Below are positions 1 to 5,768 of a stretch of DNA of 63,874 bases, one piece after another; position 1 is the stretch's first letter; each line of letters starts with the position of its first letter. Origin of the DNA: a virus. The stretch is from the IMG/VR virus record IMGVR_UViG_3300037510_000075. The stretch is one strand, 5' to 3'. The notes beneath the pieces were generated by a model. The model was not told the DNA's origin, searched no databases, and saw only the letters and a program-made list of their open reading frames with translations. The position numbers were made by a program, and so were the translations under genes.

Positions 1-225
1 GTTAGCCCCACTCAGGTTAGCCCTACTCAGGTTAGCCCTACTCAGGTTAGCCCCACGCAGGTCAGCCCCACGCAGGTTAGCCCTACTCAGGTTAGCCCCA
101 CGCAGGTCAGCCCAACGCAGGTCAGCCTTACTCAGGTTAGCCATCCTACCGTTAGGCTTACCATCTAACCAGTTTTGGTGAGACTGCAGGATAGCCTTTA
201 GTTCGTCAGCACTTATGATTCTCAT
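1..225 (-). CDS. pentapeptide-repeat protein, N-terminal part (gene crosses the circular junction and continues 63809->63543)
   Basis: ATG at 225-223 with an AAGGAAC SD upstream. Translation is [26 protein letters not shown] followed by A(N/D)LxX pentads encoded by imperfect 15-bp units. The frame runs off position 1 and is continuous with the window end once the 65-bp overlap is removed (about 163 aa in total). Confidence 0.8.
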   Translation of the reverse strand, partial: MRIISADELKAILQSHQNWLDGKPNGRMANLSKADLRWADLRGANLSRANLRGADLRGANLSRANLSRANLSGAN

Positions 226-246
226 TGAGAGAGTTCCTTTTTAGAT

Positions 247-342
247 TGGTAGACCCACCCGGACTTGAACCGGGACCTCACTGTCGTCTCACAGTTAATA
301 CGGAGTATAAAGCCGCTGCTCTACCTATTAAGCTATGGGTCC
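247..342 (-). tRNA. aberrant class-II-like tRNA, anticodon UAU (nominally Ile, reads AUA), 96 nt
   Basis: Reverse complement is GGACCCA TA GCTT AATAGGTA GAGC A GCGGC TTTATAC TCCGT [25-nt extra arm with ACTGT/ACAGT stem] CCCGG TTCAAGT CCGGG TGGGTCT A CCA. It has a G1-U72 pair, A73 and an encoded CCA. There is a C31-U39 mismatch in the anticodon stem. Confidence 0.7.
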
Positions 343-361
343 ATAAGTAATCAAATTAGAT

Positions 362-448
362 TGGTAGCTCCGGTCGGACTCGAACCGACATACTCTTACG
401 AGCAACAGATTTTAAGTCTGGTGTGTCTACCACTTTCACCACGGAGCC
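362..448 (-). tRNA. tRNA-Leu (anticodon UAA), class II, 87 nt
   Basis: Reverse complement folds as acceptor GGCTCCG/CGGAGCT, anticodon loop CTTAAAA, variable arm with CTC-GTAA-GAG stem, and T arm GTCGG TTCGAGT CCGAC. A73 and CCA are encoded. Confidence 0.88.
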
Positions 449-455
449 TTAGAAA

Positions 456-713
456 TTATCTATAATAAGTTACACCATTACCACAAAGATAACCCGTCTT
501 ACCGGGAACATAAGCGATACCACCACTCTTACTAGTGAAGACATAAGCCGTAGTTCCACTCTCTTTTGAGACAACCTTACAGTGGTTTTCTGTTGCCCAT
601 TTATTCCAAGAATTTTCATCTGAAATAATAAGACAAAACATCATTATTAAAAATAGAACCATACATAAACCCCATATCCAACCGAAATGGTCATAAATCC
701 AGTCACTCATCAT
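456..713 (-). CDS. small membrane-anchored protein, unknown function
   Basis: 85-aa ORF with an N-terminal hydrophobic helix (WIWGLCMVLFLIMMFCLII) followed by a small soluble domain. It lies between tRNA genes. Confidence 0.55.
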   Translation of the reverse strand: MMSDWIYDHFGWIWGLCMVLFLIMMFCLIISDENSWNKWATENHCKVVSKESGTTAYVFTSKSGGIAYVPGKTGYLCGNGVTYYR

Positions 714-739
714 TAAAATTCCCTATAAGATTTTAATAT

Positions 740-883
740 TTAATGTTTAGTGATTAACTTGTAGAGTAAATATATTAATCCCCCTATTAGAGTACCACTG
801 ACAAAAAGTGTTATACACCCAAATAATATTGTTATACATAGTGTCATAATTGTATCTGTTATACATACAAAACGAGAATACAT
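740..883 (-). CDS. 47-aa hydrophobic micro-protein (below ORF-track threshold)
   Basis: ATG at 883-881 with an AAGGA SD 7 nt upstream. The product MYSRFVCITDTIMTLCITILFGCITLFVSGTLIGGLIYLLYKLITKH is almost entirely membrane-like. Confidence 0.4.
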   Translation of the reverse strand: MYSRFVCITDTIMTLCITILFGCITLFVSGTLIGGLIYLLYKLITKH

Positions 884-915
884 AACAAATCCTTTCTAGC
901 TTTAGGCTTGAATGA

Positions 916-992
916 TGGTGACTCTGGTAGGAATTGAACCTACAGCCTGTAGATTAGAAGTCTACTGCTCTATCCGATTGAGCTACAGAGTC
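916..992 (-). tRNA. tRNA-Arg (anticodon UCU), 77 nt
   Basis: Canonical cloverleaf: GACTCTG/CAGAGTC acceptor, GCTC-AATCGGATA-GAGC D arm, anticodon loop CTTCTAA, GTAGG-TTCAATT-CCTAC T arm, A73 and CCA. Its 5' end overlaps the stop codon of the upstream CDS. Confidence 0.92.
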
Positions 993-1554
993 AGACTTGA
1001 TAATTCTCGGCTTCTCTACGAGTGATGAAGAAGTGGATACCACCAGCACATTCTTGCCAACGATCTTCACACCACTGATCACAACGAACTTCTGCACCTA
1101 TGGTATAGGTAGTAGTGTAATCATAGGAGGATACACCTTTATTGGAGCCGATGACTTCGAGAACCTTTACGTATTCAGCCCTGCACTTACGTCCTGTAGC
1201 ATTAGACCGCTTTGCTTGAGCCGGTATGAGCAGTTTAACGATCACGCCATTTTGACATTTCTTCCATCCGATAACATCACCTTCATCGGGTAGAATAGAC
1301 ATCTCTGGAAAGTTGATAACCCCACTCAGGTTAGCCTCACTCAGGTTAGCCTCACTCAGGTTAGCCTCACTCAGGTTAGCCTCACTCAGGTTAGCCTCAC
1401 TCAGGTTAGCCTCACTCAGGTTAGCCCTACGCAGGTTAGCCCCACACAGGTCAGCCTCACTCAGGTCAGCCCTTTTACCGTTAGGCTTAGCTTCTAACCA
1501 GTTTTTATGGGACTGTAAGATGATCTTCAGCTCGTCAGCACTTATAGTTTTCAT
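991..1554 (-). CDS. pentapeptide-repeat protein with Cys/Trp-rich C-terminal domain (paralogue of the junction gene)
   Basis: 187 aa. The N-terminus [26 protein letters not shown] and the 5' UTR (AAAGGAACTCTCT) are shared with the 225->1 gene. It has about 14 A(N/D)LxX units. The C-terminal domain ends [15 protein letters not shown], which I recall (unverified) as a phage pentapeptide-associated domain. Confidence 0.85.
   Translation of the reverse strand: MKTISADELKIILQSHKNWLEAKPNGKRADLSEADLCGANLRRANLSEANLSEANLSEANLSEANLSEANLSEANLSGVINFPEMSILPDEGDVIGWKKCQNGVIVKLLIPAQAKRSNATGRKCRAEYVKVLEVIGSNKGVSSYDYTTTYTIGAEVRCDQWCEDRWQECAGGIHFFITRREAENYQV
1330..1419. repeat. six identical tandem 15-bp units (GTTAGCCTCACTCAG) inside the pentapeptide gene
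   Basis: Perfect head-to-tail copies encode (ANLSE)x6. The flanking units are diverged versions. Confidence 0.95.
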
Positions 1555-1652
1555 TTAGAGAGTTCCTTTTAGGAGACGCTAAAAGAAAAGATAGGCTTAA
1601 CGTACCTACCCTGAATCTCACCAGAGGAGATAACGATGGTGTTATGTCGGAA

Positions 1653-2327
1653 TTAGGCCGCAGCCTGTTCCGGGCGGACTTCCGAAGCCAGTGCATCACG
1701 GGCGGCCTTTTTTGCACGCTGGACAGCCGACCGGGATTCGCCCTTGGGGTTCTGAGGCTTGATTTCAGCCTTGTCGCCGCCGGTACGCAGAATGGTGAGC
1801 GTATTGCCGGTTTCGACCAAGCCGTTGATCCAAGCCTTCGTGACTGCGACTTCTTCGGGCGTCATCCTCTGCCCTGCGGGAGCTTCTGCATTCAGCTTGT
1901 CTACCTTGCTCGCCCAGCGTGACATCATACCCTTGAAATAGGCGATGTTGGGCTGAGTGAACGGGCGATTAGCACGGGACTTGACTTCGGCGTCCTGAGT
2001 CCAGTCCTTGCCCATAGCTTCTTCGAGCTTGGTCTCTTCGGGCTTGCCGGTGACTTCGGCCTTGCCCTTGACATCGAACTTGACGGGGGCGAAGTCCTTG
2101 AACCACTTGGCGAGACCAGCCACCACCATGCCCGGAGGCAGAGAAGCGAGCAGGCGCTCGGCCAGAGTGATATCACCGTGAGCCTTGAAATGGGCGAGAC
2201 ACTGGTTGGCATTCTCGCGGATCATGGCCAACAGTTTAGTGCCAGACTTGGCAATCTTGTCCTGCTGTTTCTTGATCTTTGAGGCGCCCCAGAGTTTCAG
2301 CCCCTTGTTTGTGGTAGAGTTTTCCAT
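1653..2327 (-). CDS. hypothetical protein, GC-rich foreign composition
   Basis: ORF 1653..2348, with the likely start at the ATG at 2327 (MENSTTNK), which has an AAGAGG SD 7 nt upstream. GC3-rich codon usage is unlike the rest of the genome. I recognise no family. Confidence 0.6.
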   Translation of the reverse strand: MENSTTNKGLKLWGASKIKKQQDKIAKSGTKLLAMIRENANQCLAHFKAHGDITLAERLLASLPPGMVVAGLAKWFKDFAPVKFDVKGKAEVTGKPEETKLEEAMGKDWTQDAEVKSRANRPFTQPNIAYFKGMMSRWASKVDKLNAEAPAGQRMTPEEVAVTKAWINGLVETGNTLTILRTGGDKAEIKPQNPKGESRSAVQRAKKAARDALASEVRPEQAAA

Positions 2328-2332
2328 TGTAA

Positions 2333-2449
2333 ACCTCTTAATGGACACCCTAGCACATTGCTTTAGAGGGAATCTCTATTGCAACGCTAGGTGTTAACCT
2401 ATTAAGAGGTAAACTAGTAATAGACTAGCAGCTAACGTTGCAATACGCT
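2333..2449 (-). promoter_or_regulatory. structured 5' UTR with SD-sequestering helix and competing helix
   Basis: ACCTCTTAAT (2333-2342, the complement of the SD ATTAAGAGGT of the 224-aa ORF) is perfectly complementary to ATTAAGAGGT at 2401-2410. A second 13-bp inverted repeat with 1 mismatch (ATTGCAACGCTAG 2377-2389 / CTAACGTTGCAAT 2437-2449) crosses it. Confidence 0.4.
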
Positions 2450-3232
2450 CATATTTAGTGCTGTTAGTTAGCATTGTGTTAGAAGGTCTCTAGTAAATCC
2501 TCTAACTTCATACAATTAACCGATCAACTAGAATAGGGGTAGCTTTCCCTGCCAGTAAGACAGTTTCTACTGACAATATTAGGTCTCTATGTGACTAGTC
2601 AAGGTATCGCAACCTAAGAGACCTAAGCGATTGTGTTTACGTAAGCAAAGTGAGACAAACAAACTAACATTATTCTAACCCGGAACGGATGAATACCTTT
2701 TAAGGTAAGTCACCCCTAATAGTAGCCCTTATTGGGCTCTGCAAACACGGAAGAAGAATAAGAATTAGCTTGTTTGCCTTACGCTGCTAACGCAGCACGC
2801 TGGTAAACTTAAGTCCTACCAGCTAAACCAGAGGCTCCCTATGCTTACAGCTTGGCCTATGCTGTAAAGCCTCTTCTGGCAACCTTCCCGTCAAATGCTA
2901 CTAAGAGCGGCGGGGCGACTAGGGGTTTATCTAGTCTGTGGTCTACAGGCTTGTGAATACGCGCTTCCTGTTGCCTTCATAAGAAACTGCCTCGCACCCT
3001 AATACCCAAGCCCTAGAGCTTAGCTTAGAGACACAAGCAACCGGCTAGAGTTGTCCCGTGCTCAAAGAGTGCGAGCTACCGTTTCTAACGGCTGGATTTA
3101 AAAGACTAGCTACTAATCCCCTTTCAGGTTCCACCAGCCTCGGAGTTGCCCCCTCAGTTAGCTTCCCCCTAGTCAAGGGTGTTCGCTGGTCTACACCATG
3201 CGCTACTATCGGTCAGACTTGTGGTCCGCCTT

Positions 3233-3263
3233 AAATAGCACCCTTCAAAAGAGGGTGCTATTT
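3233..3263 (-). terminator. 12-bp perfect hairpin downstream of the 111-aa ORF
   Basis: AAATAGCACCCT-tcaaaag-AGGGTGCTATTT. The A/T-rich ends make it symmetric. It lies about 85 nt after the stop at 3347. It has no long U-tract, so it may instead be a processing or stability element. Confidence 0.45.
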
Positions 3264-3346
3264 AAGAAGGATTTAAGTGAGAGCATATAGCAGGAATAGA
3301 AATAGAAGCAACACCAACCCTGCTAGGCTGTCCTGCCAATACTGCC

Positions 3347-3682
3347 TCACAGAGTACCGTCCTTGAGAGATCGAACCTTGCCACCATGCCCTAGTTTGTT
3401 AGGCGAGATAGACTTCGGCTTAGGGAGATGAATCCCACGCTTAGTGTCTTTGATTGTCGAATAGTTCGGATCGTAACCTGAGCGGTATAACCCGTGAACC
3501 ATGGTAGCCTCATAAGGCTTAACCTTGGCGTAACCTTGGGAAGTAGGGAAAGCCTCCTTAGCAGCCACAGTGCGGATAGTCTCCATATTGCTATGGATGA
3601 TTTCTGCCCGTCTTGCTTTGAAGGATTGCCATAGCTCCTTGCGGAGTTGGCGTTCCCGCTTCCCTAAACGAGCCTTGCTCAT
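3347..3682 (-). CDS. basic 111-aa hypothetical protein (GC island)
   Basis: ORF with a GAAAGG SD upstream of the ATG. It is Lys/Arg-rich and I recognise no family. Confidence 0.55.
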   Translation of the reverse strand: MSKARLGKRERQLRKELWQSFKARRAEIIHSNMETIRTVAAKEAFPTSQGYAKVKPYEATMVHGLYRSGYDPNYSTIKDTKRGIHLPKPKSISPNKLGHGGKVRSLKDGTL

Positions 3683-3855
3683 TTAGAGTACCTTTCTTGT
3701 TTAACGTCCGGTGAGAGCCACTCAGACGACGAAGGCATACTCGCACAGGCCACCTAGAGAGTCACCTAAATAAATAGTTAGAATATTCACGAGATATTAC
3801 GAACCAGCTAGAATAATTCCAGTTAGCAGGTCCGGCTAGGGCCCACCAAGAGGGT

Positions 3856-3911
3856 TAGACCCCTGCAGTAGCTACCCGCTCACTGATCCTAGACCCCTGA
3901 TAGAGCCCCTG
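3856..3911. repeat. iteron-like direct repeats TAGA(G)CCCCTG x3
   Basis: TAGACCCCTG at 3856-3865 and 3890-3899, immediately followed by TAGAGCCCCTG at 3901-3911. CCTCCTTAG is also repeated, at 3983-3991 and 4029-4037. Confidence 0.8.
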
Positions 3912-4053
3912 AGAAGCCCGTACAGTGGCTCCAAAGCAGTCCCCTTAGTCGTACTGCCCCAACCACTACTGCCCACCAGTGGCCTCCTTAGAGCCTCTAA
4001 TAGACTTTCTACCACAGATAGCTAAGACCCTCCTTAGTGGTGCGACAATCTGA

Positions 4054-4140
4054 CCCCTTGACAAGAATTGAGCATGGTCAGCAGTGCTAAATCCAGTGTG
4101 ATTTCAATGAGTTAGCAATGTCAAGGGGGTGGGGGAGGGG
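4054..4140. repeat. 10-bp inverted repeat CCCCTTGACA / TGTCAAGGGG (55-bp spacer) running into a G-tract
   Basis: The arms are at 4054-4063 and 4119-4128. GGGGGTGGGGGAGGGG lies at 4125-4140, at the right edge of the GC island. Confidence 0.8.
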
Positions 4141-4402
4141 CAGTTTGTCGCAGCCTGTAGCGTAAATATGCCTCCGATTTGTATTAAAAATATTATACAA
4201 AATTTTCACTTTTTCTATGCCCAAAACTGCAAAATCTGATGATGCTGAAAAACCCCGACATTTTAGAGAGCTAAAAGACCAACAATATCAAATACTTAGT
4301 AATAGCATGTACAAGGTTTTTAAATAGTCTAAGCAAACCACATCAAAGAGTGAGCTAACTAATTGATAATATTACCCTTTTAGTTTTGAGAGATTAGGGG
4401 GC

Positions 4403-4431
4403 TTGACAAGCTTTTTGAAATTTGTTATAAT
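4403..4431 (+). promoter_or_regulatory. consensus sigma70 promoter for the plus-strand (late/virion) block
   Basis: TTGACA (4403-4408), 17-nt spacer, TATAAT (4426-4431), with a TGT extended -10 element. Confidence 0.8.
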
Positions 4432-4911
4432 ATATGTATTAAGAAGGGAAGCAATAAAGAGGATTGCTGTTAGCTGTTTATCAACTACTAACTGACTAAC
4501 AATTAGATAACTACTCTACATGAAAACTACCCCTTCCGTGAATAATGAATAATTATATTTAATTAGTAAATCAGCTATTCTAATATTTTAAAGAATCCCT
4601 TAATAATTAATGAGATCGGGTAGCCTATAAGAGTTAGGCGAATCTAAAATAATAAATATTATAATTATTTCCTGTTTTTTGTGTTTAATTGATGCTCTCG
4701 GCTCGAAGAGGTTAGAAAATTTCTAAAATACGAACATTTAAGATTTTTAACTTTAGTCCTCATTGTATAATTAGTTTCTATTCTTTTTCTCATATTCTTT
4801 TGGTCATTCCTTCTAAAACCCACCCTTATGGGCCAACTCGTTGGGCCTTTAATATAAATCTTATAGACCCTTTTAATCTAGTTCATAAATTTAGAGTTTG
4901 GCAATACAATA

Positions 4912-5214
4912 ATGAAAAAAACAAAATCAAAGCTAGAAAGATGGCAAACTGCTGCTGAGGTTAAAGCCCATAGAAAGGCTCAAGCTAAGTATCAGAAATC
5001 TGAAGAGCAGGTCCATAAAAGAGAGAATAGAAATCTAGCCAGAAGAACTCTAGAACGAGAAGGGAAAGTCCATAAAGGAGACCATAAAGATGTTGAACAT
5101 AAAGATGGTAATGCCCTTAATAATTCTCCTATTAATTGGTTAGTAGGCAGCAGACATAAAAATAGATCGTATGCCCGTGACAAACATGCTCATAAGAAAG
5201 ACCCACACTCTTAA
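4912..5214 (+). CDS. HNH endonuclease-like protein
   Basis: 100 aa with the motif DVEHKDGNALNNSPINWLVGSRHKN (H-N-H pattern). It lies immediately upstream of the terminase genes. Confidence 0.6.
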   Translation: MKKTKSKLERWQTAAEVKAHRKAQAKYQKSEEQVHKRENRNLARRTLEREGKVHKGDHKDVEHKDGNALNNSPINWLVGSRHKNRSYARDKHAHKKDPHS

Positions 5215-5768
5215 TGGCTAAAGATAAAGATAAACGTAGACCGTTAACTTATATGCAGAAGAAGTTTATAGACGAGTTGCTATTAGACCCTACTCGTAAT
5301 GCTACTGCTGCAGCTAAGAGGGCTGGTTATACTATTAAGAATGCAAGACACTTAGGTTGGCAGCTCACTAAGCATCCGGTTATTTCAGAGATACTCGAAG
5401 AAGAAAATAAGAAGATAGCTGCAAAGCTGGGTATCACCAAAGAAAGGGTTTTCCAAGAGTTAGCTCAAATTGGGTTCGCCAATCTAAAGCATATTATGAC
5501 TCAAGATGAGAACGGTAATACAGACGTTAATTTAGCTTACCTGCCAGATGCTGTAGCTAGCCCTATTACAGAGGTTAGTGTTTCTTCTTCTGATAATAAA
5601 GGTATTAAGGTTAAAAACGTTAAAGTTAAGATAGCCGATAAAAGACAGGCTCTCATCGATATAGCGAAGATCATGGGTTGGTTTCAAGAGAAGGTTGAGG
5701 TTACTCAGAATATGAGTTTAGAGCAACTCATCGAGAAATCTTACTCCGAGGAAATTAGTCCTGCTTGA
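5214..5768 (+). CDS. terS: terminase small subunit
   Basis: 184 aa. The N-terminal HTH-like segment KKFIDELLLDPTRNATAAAKRAGYTIKNARHLGWQL is typical of small terminases. It overlaps both the HNH stop and the TerL start. Confidence 0.75.
   Translation: MAKDKDKRRPLTYMQKKFIDELLLDPTRNATAAAKRAGYTIKNARHLGWQLTKHPVISEILEEENKKIAAKLGITKERVFQELAQIGFANLKHIMTQDENGNTDVNLAYLPDAVASPITEVSVSSSDNKGIKVKNVKVKIADKRQALIDIAKIMGWFQEKVEVTQNMSLEQLIEKSYSEEISPA

Noticed and set aside
265-465. Plus-strand 66-aa ORF from the ORF track.
   Set aside because: It lies entirely antisense to two well-folding tRNA genes, so it is an artefact.
1-1558. The 15-bp periodic repeats at the window ends and at 1315-1465 could be mistaken for a CRISPR array or a non-coding satellite. 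Plus-strand ORFs 997..1293 and 1313..1558 overlap them.
   Set aside because: The units are contiguous with no spacers, and they are in frame. They translate on the minus strand to canonical A(N/D)LxX pentapeptide repeats within ORFs that have good SD and start contexts. The plus-strand ORFs (LRLAS repeats) are antisense shadows.
1644-2397. Overlapping ORFs 1644..1922(+), 1759..1941(+), 1925..2212(-), 2185..2397(+) and 1535..1717(-).
   Set aside because: They are shadow frames typical of GC-rich sequence. Only the 1653..2327 minus-strand frame has an SD, a start and a full-length open frame.
4054-4128. The two TTGACA hexamers in the inverted repeat as face-to-face promoters.
   Set aside because: Neither has an acceptable -10 hexamer at 16-18 nt (GCAGTG and TCACAC). 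They are treated as an operator or structural repeat instead.
4125-4140. G-quadruplex at GGGGGTGGGGGAGGGG.
   Set aside because: There are only three G-runs, so an intramolecular three-tetrad G4 needs a fourth. It is retained only as a compositional boundary marker.
2400-4900. Hypothesis that the long ORF-free stretches reflect stop-codon reassignment (TAG or TGA recoding with a suppressor tRNA).
   Set aside because: TAA, TAG and TGA are all frequent in all six frames there. None of the three tRNAs has a CUA, UUA or UCA anticodon. The rest of the genome reads cleanly in the standard code.
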